Shown here: in pieces, positions 40,297-53,835 of the stretch
Numbering within the stretch: the first letter of the stretch is position 1
How the letters are laid out: each line of letters starts with the position of its first letter
From: the human T2T-CHM13v2.0 reference genome, Homo sapiens
Assembly: GCF_009914755.1 (NCBI RefSeq)
Contig: NC_060937.1
Strand: one strand, 5' to 3'
DNA length: 64,000 nt
Notes under the pieces: generated by a model
The model's input: only the letters and a program-made list of their open reading frames with translations
Databases searched by the model: none
What the model was told of the DNA's origin: nothing
Translations under genes and position numbers: made by a program

Positions 40297-40440
40297 GTAC
40301 AAATGAAATACAAATCTGAGGTTCATCACTCTCCTGATGAGGCTCTCGGTCTTCCCTCTTCCTCGTGTGAAAATGAAATATGAATATGAGATTCATCACT
40401 CTCCTGATGAGGCTGTCTCTGTCTTCCCTCCTCCTCTGAG
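40297..40440 (+). repeat. Two-copy 70-bp tandem duplication
   Basis: AAATGAAATA...TTCATCACTCTCCTGATGAGGCT...TCTTCCCTC at 40301 and 40371. Confidence 0.9.
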
Positions 40441-41432
40441 CACAGGCTCCCGGCCTGACCCTGACCTTCTGCAATAATTAAGCTCTTGGCCAGGGCTCTC
40501 TGCCTGTACACGCTCTGTCTCTCCTCCCTTCATTTCCTCGGCAGGCCTTTGGGAACAGACCCATTGATGCTAAGCACACAGTTTTGGACGGGATCTCCTC
40601 CAGGCCACCGCCGCCTCGTGAGAAAGCGCCGGAATGATCTCAGGTGCATTTTTAGTTACTGATCCCCGTGCAACTGGACTCTGCTTCTTTAAACATGGAC
40701 AATGGTTCTGGTGCGAGGCTTGATCATTATCTCCCACCTCTGAGTCTCATTCAAGGGGACCACTCGCCTGTCATTATTTTGGCCACATGTCCTTTCCCAT
40801 TTCTTATCCCTAATCTCATTATCTTCCCTTTTTCTCTGCTTAATTGCATTCAGCACTTACCCCACTTGCGGCTCATCCCTCTGAGTGACACTGTCTCACC
40901 TCTGTCTTTGTTGGCTGGCCCTGACGAGTGACTGTCATTATCGGAGGTCCTCGCTGTCCTGGGTGTCTTTTCTCTTAGGACTAAACAGGTCCTTTGCTAT
41001 CCTTACCCCCTTGCAGCCTCCAGCAGCGCTCAGCACCCATTTCCAGGCTCCATTTCTCTCTCCAGGTCCACAGCGCCTCCTCTCTCCCCTGTCCACATCT
41101 GGGCACCTGGCGCTATTTCCAGTTGAACATTTTATAATGCTGTGGAATGGGGATCCCAAGGGTAGTTACTTCTATTTTTATCTTTCATGTCTTCAAAACA
41201 AACCAAAGGGAGAAAACCACATTTATTAAGCCACAGTCTGTGTCATAAAGCACTGCAAAGCCTTTCATTCTCTGAGCTGATCTCAATTGCCCCTTGTTTT
41301 TATTAACCTGGGCTAGTCTGTTTCCCTGAGATGCTATTAACTACAGCAAGAGATTTCTCCGAGCAGAGGCTGCAGGAGCTTGGCCCCACATGTCACTGCA
41401 TGTGTGTCTGCCGGGCCTGTGGGTGATGTGCT

Positions 41433-41435
<3 letters not shown>

Positions 41436-41473
<38 letters not shown>
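41436..41473 (+). repeat. (GT)19 microsatellite
   Basis: Perfect dinucleotide run. Confidence 0.97.
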
Positions 41474-41474
<1 letters not shown>

Positions 41475-42937
41475 TCTTTCTCTGGGTACACTATCTTTAT
41501 GCAATAGAATGTGGACATGCATTTCTATCCACCAGGAAATATGCCTCATCCAGTTGAAATAAATGAGCCCATGATCCTTATCTTTTCTGTAAGCCCTACA
41601 TATGGAAGGCATTTGCTGATGACTCCTGAAAGCTGCACATTTCAGCTTCCCTGGTGTTTCCTGCAGGGTCTGGGATGGGTATTGCCTCCATCCACGGGTT
41701 TGTCGGCTGCCGAATGTGCTGATTTCCCAGTCCCCCGTATTGACACATTCCTGGCTTCCTTCCCCACCCTTGCTCTTCCTCTGGGAAATGCATGCATTGC
41801 CCTCGTCTGCTCCAGCCTGCTTTGTGAAGGATCAGAGAAAATATTAATTGATTTTTTAAAAGAAATTAATTATCGTTGCCATGTTTCAGAATCCTCATTG
41901 TCTCCCTGGGTGACCTCTGGCTTTATAAAGTTGCATTAAATTGTGTAACTTTACTTCATGAGGCCTTCTTTTCATTTCCAAGCATGACTTTCTCACCTTT
42001 TTTTTTTATTAAAAAAAAACTGTTTAAACTTCAATCTGAGATGTTTTTCTCATTCCTCTCTGTCCCGGCGCTTTATACTTACAGGTGCCCCTTCCTTAGG
42101 ATTCATCCTTTCTACCCTGGCTGCTTGTAGATGATAATGCTTAGCATTTATATGTGCTGTTCATCTTCAAATGCTCCACAAACTTGGGGAGGTTTAATTG
42201 TCTTGCCCTTTCAGGCACCACTGGATCAGCCACCCGAGGCCCAGACGCAGCCCCAGAGGCTCAGGGAGGACAGTCCCCGCGTCTTGCTGACCTCCTGTCT
42301 AATTCTACATGCAGGGGCCTTCTCCGGGAGGGAATGAGGTCCGCCGTGTCCTCCAGAGGCTGATGGCAGCACAACTTATGCATTTCACCCCATTAAAACT
42401 ATAATCGATTCCTAAACCCCACACCGCGGTGCTGTTAGTGGCAAGCGTGGCACACTTCACACAGAAGAAGGCGGAAAACAGGGAGGCTGTGTTGAGCATC
42501 CGGCTTGCTTCCTGTGACCAATCAGGCCCATGGGGAAAACGGGCTTCCTAGAAATACCGGGCAACAATGACTGGGGGCAAGATGCTGTTTTATGCAGCGA
42601 CCAATTTAACAGTTAAAAATGATATTTTATGTGGTAGCACCGGGGTGCAATGTCTGACAACCTTGTGACTCTCGTTAGAGTCGCTGTAGATGAAGCTGCT
42701 GAGAGTCACTGAATAACTTTTCTTATAAAAATTCAGGGCAACATCACAGTTAGAGATGGACAATTAAGAACAGATTGTTGTTTTGGACTGCTTCAATTTA
42801 AGCTTTCCCTAGGGTAGTTTTATTTCTAATAAATTTCATGTCCTCTTTCTGGAATCTTCTGATACCTTCCACCCTAGGACTGTCTTTCCCAGCCTCTAAG
42901 GACCATGTTCCTTATATTTCATCCTTATCTCTACTTC

Positions 42938-43539
<602 letters not shown>

Positions 43540-43670
43540 CTTCTTCTCTATTTCTAAATTTAATTTTTAGGCCTTGAAAATAAGTAAAAACATACAACCC
43601 AGCTTCCCAGAAAACCATTTCTAATGGCTAATTCTATGACACCTCTTGAGCTACATTAAAAACAAGGTTT

Positions 43671-43962
43671 GGCCAGGTGCGATGACTCACACCTGTAATC
43701 CCAGCACTTTGGGTGGCTGAGGATCACTTAAACCCAGGAGTTCAAGACCAGCCTGGGCAATATGGCGAAACCCCATCTCTACTAAAAATACAAAAAATTA
43801 GCCAGGTGTGGTGCACCCACCTGTAGTCCTAGCTACTTGGGAGGCTGAGGTGGGAGGATTAGTTGTGCCTGGGAGGTGGAGGCTGCAGTGAGCCGAGATT
43901 GGGCCACTGCCCTCCAGCTTGGGCAACAGAGTGAGATTCTGTCTCAATAATAATAATAATAA
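43671..43962 (+). mobile_element. AluJ-type SINE with (AAT)n tail
   Basis: GGCCAGGTGCGATGACTCAC...; TSD AAGGTTT on both sides. Confidence 0.93.
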
Positions 43963-45317
43963 AGGTTTATTTAATAATCCATCAGCTGAAACCTCAATCC
44001 ACCAGGGACCATTCATTCCTTTGTAGAGTACGATGATATTGACAAACATATTGATAACTCCGAGGCATGGCAAGTTCTGAAGAGACATCAGAATCATTAA
44101 AGAAACAGTAAATTATATTTAGACAGATTTTGTTGCTAACTGTATCTTTATTCTAACAACTTGGAAATTAACAATTCAGTTATAGTATAGCTATGACAAG
44201 CTTATTAACCAAAGTTACTTGTATGCCTACCCTACTATGTGAGCTCACTGTATACACTTGAAAAATAAATGACATCATGCTCTTCTTACTTGAATATGTA
44301 TTTATAAAAAGTATGTGGCTATTCCAGGGAAACTGTGATAAAATGGGAATACGTAGGGCTCAGGAGTTACTGCTGATACTAAGATAATCAGATCTGCATG
44401 TCCTAATGGTTTTGTGGCCCTGGAAGGTCACCTAGTTTGCAGGACACAACAATCAGATGAATCATTGCATATGACCTGTGATTAAATTGCTTGCAAAGAC
44501 TATAAGTGCATTGCAAAGTTTATTGATTTCTCAGAAAATAATAATTATCTTGACCTTGTGACTCTCAAATGGGATTAGGTAATTCTTCCCAGAAGAGGCA
44601 ATGAGAAAAGCAAACGGGCTTTCTCTCCCAAAACGAATTTGCTAAACTTTTCTTTAAGATACTGACTGATCCTATTAACTTGTTGGCTGCACAAGTAATG
44701 ATGTTGAGATGTTCTTTCCCAGTGAATCTTGATTGGAATAGGATCATCTTTTCGTACAGATTTATCTCCAGAACTACGAATATTTGTGACGAAATGTTCT
44801 CAAATTTTAGTCTCATTCAAACTCTCAGATAATATTGAATGCCCAAGCACTGAGGTTTCACTTAAGGGAAAATACAGACAGTGTCCAATCTTCATGTCCT
44901 ATTGGAGGTGCTACTCTAAGGAGTGTGTGTGTGCGTGTACAGGTGTGTGTTGCACACACGTGTGTGTTGGTATGAGGGTAAGTCAGGAAGGCAGTTCACA
45001 AGCTCGTTTATGATTTCTCCTAAGCAGAAAGAAGAGACAGAAAATAGCTATCTTTGGAGGGATGGAAAAGCAGAAATATAGTATAGTTACCAATACATAG
45101 CCCCACCCCAATGGAGTTAGTGCGAAACACTGAATAATTCCACAATGAGTATGCTGGAAGCTGCTGACATGAGGCCCCTGAATTAGAGGAAGAGAGTCTT
45201 GTGAGCTGCGTGACAAAGGAACTCAGGTCAGGACGGGCTTTCCAGAGGATGTGCACCTTGACCTGGGATCACAAAGAATCAACAGGAGGCAACAGGGTAA
45301 CAGTGGAGGCCTGCGAA

Positions 45318-46375
45318 GTGTGTGTCCACGTGTGTAAGTGTGCATGCCTGTCTTTGTGTATCTGTGGGGGGAGCATGTGCACATGTGTGGACTCATTCTT
45401 GCTCATGTGCATGTGTGTGTTTGCCCATTGTGTGTGTGTGTGTGTGTGTTTGGCAGGTGTGGGTGTTTGTGTGTGTGTTTGTGTGTTTTTGGCATATGTG
45501 TGTGTGTGTGTTTGGCAGATGTGTGTGTTTGTCTGCATTTGGCAGGTGTGTGTGTTTGGCATGTGTTTGGCAGGTGTTTCTGTGTGTGTTTGACATGTGT
45601 TTGTGTGTTTAGCAGGTGTGGGTGTTTATGTATGTGTGCGTTTGGCAGGTATGTGTGTTTGGCATGTGTGTTTGTGTTTGGCAGGTGTGTGTTTGTCAGA
45701 TGTGTGTGGGGTGTGTATTTGGCGTGTGTGTGTTTTGCAGGTGTGTGTGTTTGGCAGGTGTGTGTGTGGGGGTGTGGCATGTTTAGTTTGTGTGTGTGTG
45801 TTTGGCAGGTGTGTATGTGTGTGTTTGGCAGGTGTATGTGGTTGTGTGTTTGGCATGTGTTTGTGTTTTTGTGTGTGTTTTTGGCAGGTGTGTGTGTTTG
45901 ACAGGTGTGTGGGGGGTGTGTTTGGTGTGTTTGTGTGTGTATGTTTGTGTGTGTGTTTGGCAGGTGTGTGTGTGTGTTTGGCAGGTGTGTCTGTGGGTGT
46001 GGGTTTGGCATGTGTGTATGTGTGTGTGTTTGGCAGATGTGTGTGTGTGTTTTGCAGTTATGTGTATGTGGGTGTGTGTTTGGAATGTGTGTTTGGAATG
46101 TGTGTGTGTGTTTGGCAGGTGTGTGTTTGGCAGGTGAGGTGCGTGTGTTTGTCTTTGTGTGCCGTGGTGTGCTTGCACACATTTGTGTGCATATGTGTGT
46201 GTGCGTGCATTGAGTCAGGTGTGTGCTTGTGTGTGTGCTTGTGTGTATGTGTGCATTGTGTGAGTCGGGTGTGTGCATGTGTGTGTGTGTGCATTGCTTG
46301 AGTCGGGTGTGTGCATGTGTGTGTGCGTGCGTGTGTTGTGTGAGTCAGGTGTGTGCATGCGTGTGGGTGTGCAGC
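45318..46375 (+). repeat. TG-rich degenerate minisatellite, (TG)nTTTGGCAGG core
   Basis: TTTGGCAGGTGTG recurs through 45450-46140; a TGAGTC(A/G)GGTGTGTGC sub-array lies at 46210-46360. Confidence 0.93.
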
Positions 46376-47099
46376 AGGTGGGGTACGATCAGGCTGAAGG
46401 CTGATCAGGCACAAGGCTCTGGGGGAGAGCCCTGGTTCCAGCCCTGGGGTCAGAGCAGCAGGGGCCAGAAAGACGGCAGGGGTGAGCACTGCACCCGCTG
46501 GGCAGGGCAGGGCCACAGAAGGCAGGGCATGGAGGCCACGTGAAGGGCTTGACAGAGTGGATGGATGTCTCCGGAAGCACCTGCGTGGCCCAGTCAGCAG
46601 GATCAGACTCGCATGTGTCAGGGTCACCATGGGTCAGTGAGGAGGGCAGATGGGGACGGTGGCAGCAGCTGCTTATACACACACATTTAGGAGGACAGGA
46701 GTCGTAAGGGGAACCTTTAAAAGTAGAGTGAAAAGCAGCCCATTCAGCATGCCTGGTCCCACTGATGAATCCGTTAAAGGGGGATAAGTGCCACACAGAA
46801 GCCCACTGGTGTCTCGTGTCTGTGTCCGAGGGACAGAGCCGTTTTGGCCCTATTGCCCAAGTCTGCTTTTCCCATAACCTCGTCTCCACCCGGTTGTCAC
46901 CCGTGCATGGGCTTGTTGTGGGAGCAGCTTCTCACCGACCTCCTCAGATTCCCCGTTTCTAAAAGGAGCTGCACCCTTGGAGACCAGAAAACCTGGTGAC
47001 CAGAACCCTCTGTAGAGGCGAAGGAATGAGGGGCGGCTGGGAGGGGCCATCGCGGCTTGGTGACGTGCACTTTCCCATCCTTACTTTGATCCCTAGAGG

Positions 47100-47560
47100 A
47101 CTTTTTGGCCGGTGTCTATGGGTGACTGTCACGAGCACCACACACTGGGCAGCTTAAACAACAGAAATGACACACAAACAACAGAAACAGCTTAAACAAC
47201 AGAAATGAACTCTCCGTGATTCTGAGGCTGAAAGTCCCACAGAGCTGGGTCCTTCTGAGGCTCTGAGCCAGGCTGCTGGAGGCCTCCCTCCGGCTGCTGG
47301 TGCGGCGGAGCCCCGTGGTCTTCCCCCGCTCATGGAGGAAGCATCACCCCGATGTTTGTCTGCTGTCCCATGACCATCTTCCTGCTCTGTGTGCCTCTCT
47401 CCTCTTCTTCTAAGGACACAGTCATACTGGATTAAGAACCCAACTACTCTGGTATGACCCAGCCTGACCAACTGCATCCACAAAGACCCTGTTTCCAAGT
47501 GAGCTACTGGGGAGTGGGACTTCAGCGCGTATTTTGGGGAGACACAGTTCCACCCACGAC
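47100..47560 (-). mobile_element. MLT1B/C solo LTR with small internal triplication
   Basis: GCTTAAACAACAGAAATG (AAACAACAGAAA three times), TAAGGACACAGTCATACTGGATTA, AAAGACCCTGTTTCCAA, GACACAGTTCCACCCACGACA. Confidence 0.87.
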
Positions 47561-49859
47561 AGCTGGATTTCTGCTGCTGGAATTCAGGGAGCAGATCCTG
47601 GAATGGGGACCCTTTACTGGATGATCTTGACTGAGTTGCTCTAGGCAAATGTGAGAAGAGGAAACAGGCCCTTGTCCTTGAAGAGCTCACAACTAAGGTC
47701 CAGACTTAATTTTCTTCCTCAGCACTGGCTACAAGGCTCTGCTCTGTGACAACTGAGGACCTGGCATCCACACGTGGATTTGTCGCCCATCCCCAAGGTG
47801 ACTCATTACCGTGACTTGACCACAGATGCCCTCCCGTGTGACCTCACAAATGTGTATAGGAGCTTCCTTGCAGAGCAAGCTTTGCTACTGTGAACTCGTG
47901 AGAACCGAAGACCATGGGCAGCCGCATCTCAATGGCCCACTGCCATGCACCTACTGCTAGGAGAATTTTAAAAATCAGCATCGGACATCCCTCCCTGAAC
48001 CTATCGTGGTCCTCCTGGCTACACAACCTGTAATAACAGCTCCAGGTGGCTTAAATTCTGTTTTCGGTGGTGGGTTGATAACTGTTCCCTGCCCAGAGAT
48101 GTAACCGGTGCCGTAATGCCTGTGACCTGCCCTGGCAAAGGCAGACATGTCCACGACATGACTTCCTGTGTCCTTCTCCTTCCACAGAACCCGCAGGTGC
48201 ATCTGCACACCTCCCCATTAGATCAGAGTGTCTCCAGGAGGCGTCTGTCTCCATAAGGCGTCTGTGGTTAGCTCATTTGCCCAGGGAGTGATGGGTATGG
48301 TAACCAGGAGGACAGTTCAATGACAGGGTTCATCAGCTGCAGGAATAAGGCTCAAAATCACCAGCAATGTGGGGAACTGGAGCTCCGGAGTCCAGCATCT
48401 TCCCTGTCAGGTGCTTCTACCTACTTCTTGTCCATCCTGAACCTCCTAGATCTCATTCTTTAATCAAAATTCACAGCAATTAGTGCACAAGCTTCATTGC
48501 CCTCTGCCTGGCGAAGAGATGCCACCTGTCTGCATGTGAGTTTTACAAGCCAGGAAATGAGGGAACTGGAAAAGCACAGAGTTTTTGAGCTGGGGCCACA
48601 GTGGCTGAGACAGGTACAGGTGTGCTGAAGCTGTGTCCTTCCCTTCCCTTCCCCGACCTGCTGGACAGGGCCTCAAGCAGCCACTAGCCCCACTAGTTAG
48701 CCGGAAGCTTCTACAGCTCACTCCAGTGTGCGGGGAAAATATGGTCATTTTTCTGTGTCTGTGGCCTGCAAAAAAGTGCCTTGGAAGAGAGAAGATCAGC
48801 ATCCCTTTGAGATGAATGCTTTTTATTTAATCCCAAGCTCAAGTCCTGGAGATGTTATTGAAAGATTCCCCAGGTTGTTTACTTCCTATTCGATCCACCC
48901 GTAAGTTAAACAGCCATCAGGGATCTACTGTGCACCAGGTCCCACTCTGGATGCAGGTGCTGCTGGGATTCCCAAAACAGAGGAGTTCTTCTCTAGAGAG
49001 ACCAACCAGTAAACAAAAGATGATCAGAGTTTCAGATGCGTGCGGTGGAGCTAAGAAGGGCAGTGCAGCCCCCAGCAGCTCAGGAGGAGCACAGCGCAGC
49101 TCTGGGTGGAGTGAGCCCATCGGGCGCCCTGAGCACTAGCGTGTGATCTGAGACTGCAGCCATGAGGAGTGCTGGGCGCAGACAGCAGCTGAGGTGACAG
49201 CACGGGGTAGAAGCCCCAGCAAGTCAAACGTCCCGCGGCAGCAGCCAGCTCCAGGTGTTGGAAGATCGGTAACGAGGCCACTGTCTGCTCCGCTTTTAAA
49301 AGCTTCTTGATACTCATCTGATTGCAGAAAGACTTGAGTGAATCTACTGAACATTTTTTCCCCTGCCAGAGAGCAACAACTGTGCCAGCAAAATGCCTGA
49401 CACCCACTAAATACACACCTAAGACGTCCTGGGGGATCAGGTGACTGCTGCGGTCACCGAGTGCGTAATCCGTCAGCTGGTTCTGGTCAGGTACTCACTG
49501 GCAGCGTGCCCCCTAAGAGGAAAGCGCCCTTCCATGACTGAGTACATAATGTGCTTGGAAATAGGATTTTGAAATATGGAATTGAGACTGACGATAATAA
49601 TGTGTATTTGTGACTACTTTTCCTCCTTGACCTCAGAATTTTCTCACTGTCGGATGAAAGCATGAGCATGCTTTACACATCCTCACCGCAAGCCCGCCGG
49701 GAAAGTGGCTAATAACGGTAATAGGAGGAATGACGGCACTCAGCATTTGCTAAGTGTGCGACCACGGCCAGGCCACGCGCATGCCCGAGGCAAGGGATAT
49801 TTTCTGTTCATTAATAAGTTTTAGGTATAGTAGCTATAATAAATATATCAAGCAAATTA

Positions 49860-49985
49860 ATAAATTATCATTCAACAAATTGTCCAGCACCTGCTAAGCG
49901 CAGGCCCCCTGCCTCAGGACGTGGGGAGGGAGCAGCGAACAGAACCGGTAAAATCTCTGTGGTCCCAGAGCTTCCCTCCCTTCAA
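49860..49985 (-). mobile_element. L2 3' end fragment
   Basis: TCATTCAACAAATTGTCCAGCACCTGCTAAGCGCAGG. Confidence 0.6.
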
Positions 49986-50129
49986 GCCTCACAACACCCC
50001 GGCAAAGAGTTACTGTTCCTATCCCAGATAGAGTTTTCATCTGTCAAATTATAGTAATAGTAATAGAGTTAAAAAATAAATAATAGCAATTATTTAATAC
50101 TACTATCAAAAATAATAGTAGAGTTACTA

Positions 50130-50225
50130 TTACTATTATTTTACAGACAAAAACACAGATCTGGAGACGTTAAGGAATGTGCTCAAAGTCATGCATTTAC
50201 TAACTGGCCACTTTACCAGCCAGTC
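50130..50225 (-). mobile_element. MIR fragment
   Basis: TATTTTACAGACAAAAACACAGATCTGGAGACGTTAAGG...CTCAAAGTCA. Confidence 0.6.
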
Positions 50226-50407
50226 ATGTACCGGGGTCCCTCCCAGCGCCGGGGCGACAAGGCTGTGAGTGGAAGTTACTTTCGGTGCCTCAGGGTAGCT
50301 GCATCCACACGTGGAGAGGACGTGGGACTCCTGGCCACCCTCCAGCCCAGCCTCACCCCCAGGGGAGACGGGGACTACCCCAAGGGACACGAGAGTGAAA
50401 ATGCACT

Positions 50408-51420
50408 ACCCCATGGCCTCACCCCGCAGCCTCACCCCCACGACCTCACCCCATGACCTCACCCCACGGCCTCACCCCCACGGCCTCACCCCACGGCCTC
50501 GCCCCCACGGCCTCACCCCACGGCCTCGCCCCCAAGGCCTCACCCCACGGCCTCATCCCCACGGCCTCACCCTCTGGCCTCAACCCCATGGCTCAACCCC
50601 ATGGTCTCACCCCCTCCCCAGCCTCACCCCCACGGCCTCAACCCCACGGCCTCACCCCATGGCCTCACCCCCACAGCCTCACCCCATGGCCTCACCCCCC
50701 CAGCCTCACCCCACAGCCTCACCCCCCCGGCCTCACCCCACAGCCTCACCCCCACAGTCTCACCCCCCCGGCCTCACCCCACAGCCTCACCCCCATGGCC
50801 TCAACCCCACAGCCTCACCCCACGGCCTCACCCCATGGCCTCAACCCCACGGCTTCACCCCACAGCCTCACCCCCATGGCCTCACCCCCATGGCCTCAAC
50901 CCCATGGCCTCACCCCACGGCCTCACCCCCCCAGCCTCACCCCACAGCCTCACCCCCACGGCCTCACCCCACATTCTCACCCCACGGCCTCAACCCCATG
51001 GCCTCACCCCATGGTCTCACCCCCCCCGGCCTCACCCCACAGCCTCACCCCCACAGCCTCACCCCCACAGTCTCACTCCCCTGGCCTCACCCCACGGCCT
51101 CACCCCCACGGCCTCAACCCCACGGCCTCACCCCATGGTCTCACTCCCCTGGCCTCACCCCACAGCCTCACCCCCATGGCCTCAACCCCATGGCCTCACC
51201 CCCCCCAGCCTCACCCCACGGCCTCACCCCCATGGCCTCAACCCCACGGCCTCACCCCCCAGCCTCACCCCACAGCCTCACCCCCACAGCCTCACCCCCA
51301 CAGTCTCACCCCCCCGGCCTCACCCCACAGCCTCAACCCCATGGCCTCACCCCACGGCCTCACCCCCACGGCCTCAACCACACGGCCTCACCACCACGGC
51401 CTCACCACCACAGCCTCACC
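50408..51420 (+). repeat. C-rich 13-15-bp minisatellite (CCTCACCCC(C)ACGG variants), ~70 copies
   Basis: Directly visible; minus strand is (GGGGTGAGG)-rich. Confidence 0.97.
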
Positions 51421-52518
51421 TCAGGGATGCAGGAAGTGAGTGTGAACCGCACACTCATTTTATCGCAAAGACGCAGGAAGTGGGCATGTGCCTCAGTCCA
51501 GGGCCCTTGACTTGGACGTGGTGCAGACGGCCCAGGAGTCCGGGAGAAGTGCTGTGAGATTCCACCTGATTCTCTTGCCTCTAGTGCAAAAGCGGCATAT
51601 TGCACATCCATCTGCAGTGTGAAAAGAACAAAACCTTTAGAGGGAAACAGACACATCAGATTAACACACCGAGGAGCCGAGGGAAAGAAGGTGGGCTGTG
51701 TGTCACTCCCAGGGACAGCTGCCTGCCTTCCCCTGCGACAGGTGGCCTCTGCCCGTGGACGTCTTCTTGTGGGATAATTCACAACCGTTCAGGTTTCCCC
51801 GCCTCACTATTCCTGGTAATTAGATACATAGAGAAAACGTGAGCCTCGTGTGTCTCAGGATTCTCCAGGAATTGTGCTTGGGTGAATGGAAGCCATTTCA
51901 GCCTGCAGAACGGCGTAGCCAGGAAGCGATGTGGTTGCGAGACACTCTCTGCTCTTGGAGGCAGAGTGCACGGTGAGGCTGGTGCAGGCACTTTCAGTCA
52001 TCGGGAGCCGGTGTCCTTGTCCCGCAGAGGCCGATGTGGCCCTGCCGTTCTTTCCCAGCAGCCCTTGCCTGATTCCGCCTGTATCTGTGAGCACACACAG
52101 GGTGCCTCCAACTGCACTGCTGCTCCACACCTTAGGGGCTTAAAGCAACGCCTGTTTATGTAGCTCCACGCTCTGTGCCTGGGCAGTGTGGCCTGGGATG
52201 GGCTCAGGGTCCGCTGGGCCCGGCTGCCCCTCTCACGTGTCTGGTCAGCTGCGGGGGGCCTGGGTCTCTCCGCATCTGCATCTTGGCTGGGACCCCAGGC
52301 TGACTCAGCCTCGGGGCCCTGTTCTCCCAGCCTCCAGCCAGCTGGTTTGGCTGTTCACAGGCGGTAGGCAGAAGGTCGCCTGTGAGGAGCAGCACACAGG
52401 GCCCTGGGTCCTGGGACTGGCACAGGGGACGACTGCCCAGGCGATGTTTGCCCAGGTGGGAGCTGAGGCCTGTGTACACTCAGCAGTGGACACGTCCAGA
52501 AGCCAGACGCTGGAGCGT

Positions 52519-52806
52519 CCTGGAGGGGAGTGGGTGCCCGGAGGGGAGTGGGTGCCCTGAGGGGAGTGGGTGCCTGGAGAGGAGTGGGTGCCCGGAGGGG
52601 AGTGGGTGCCCGGAGAGAGGTGGGTACCCGGAGGGGAGTGGGTACCCAGAGGGGAGTGGGTGCCCTGAGGGGAGTGGGTGCCCGGAGGGGAGTGGGTGCC
52701 TGGAGAGGAGTGTGTACCCGGAGGGGAGTGGGTGCCTGGAGGGGAGTGGGTGCCCGGAGAGGAGTGGGTACCCAGAGGGGAGTGGGTACCCGGAGGGGAG
52801 TGGGTG
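52519..52806 (+). repeat. 18-bp G-rich VNTR, 16 copies
   Basis: Unit CCCGGAGGGGAGTGGGTG with single-base variants; 288 bp = 16 x 18. Confidence 0.97.
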
Positions 52807-52922
52807 CTGTGGTGTCTCCCTCCTGTCCCACTCTGTTCTTCTCGCAGCCATGGTGTCTGAAAACACAGTCCCTTGGGCTGCAGCCATCTTCAGGTGGTTG
52901 TGTTATTTACATGGTACCGTGA

Positions 52923-53284
<362 letters not shown>

Positions 53285-53359
53285 CACCTCTCTCATCTTG
53301 ACTGGTTTCAGGACACACTCTGGTGTCCTTGATAGATATTCCTAAAACTTAACCTGATT

Positions 53360-53705
53360 CCAAGTCCAACAGGCTTTGGCCAAAACCCCCATAGGCAGAT
53401 GTGTTCAGAATCTGTCAGGTTTCAGAAGAATGCATACATTGGCTACAAATATTGCACAGGGCCTGAACGACCCTTCAAAATCAAACACACCAATATTTCC
53501 ATGTTAAAATGTCAGGCGTGCACATTTACTGGGGTATAGACTAGAAATAGCCTCCACAGTTCAGCGAGGTTCTGCTGCCTAGTGAGTGGTCAGCTGGCGC
53601 GGACCCCAGACACGCGACACCCCATCACCAGCCACCGAATGAACAGCAAGGTCTTTGTTCTCAGGACCTCCGGGCCTCAGAAATGCAGATAGAGGGTTAG
53701 GACCC
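53360..53705. mobile_element. MER46C-like (Tigger family) element
   Basis: CAGATGTGTTCAGAAT...AATCAAACACACCAATATTTC...GACTAGAAATAGCCTC...CAGTTCAG...AAATGCAGATAG match the recalled consensus. Confidence 0.65.
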
Positions 53706-53721
53706 TTGGAGATTTCCGAAA

Positions 53722-53835
53722 CAGACTGTCAGCTCCTTGAGGGCAGAGGCTGGCTGCGTCCTAGTGCCAGCGTCTCCTCAGTGCTAAGCAGAGTGTCTGA
53801 GGCAGAAACGCCCAACAGAAGCTTGGAGGAATGAA
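53722..53835 (+). mobile_element. L2 3' end
   Basis: AGACTGTCAGCTCCTTGAGGGCAG...CAGTGCTAAGCAGAGTG...GAATGAA. Confidence 0.7.

Noticed and set aside
45338-46630. Cys/Val and His/Thr ORFs of 187-291 aa
   Set aside because: Simple-repeat translations.
50311-51557. Pro/His-rich ORFs of 318-399 aa (mucin- or extensin-like)
   Set aside because: All three + frames are open because the C-rich repeat lacks stops, and unit lengths are not held to multiples of 3.
50408-52806. PRDM9 13-mer CCNCCNTNNCCNC in the C/G-rich VNTRs
   Set aside because: The consensus units do not match on manual inspection.
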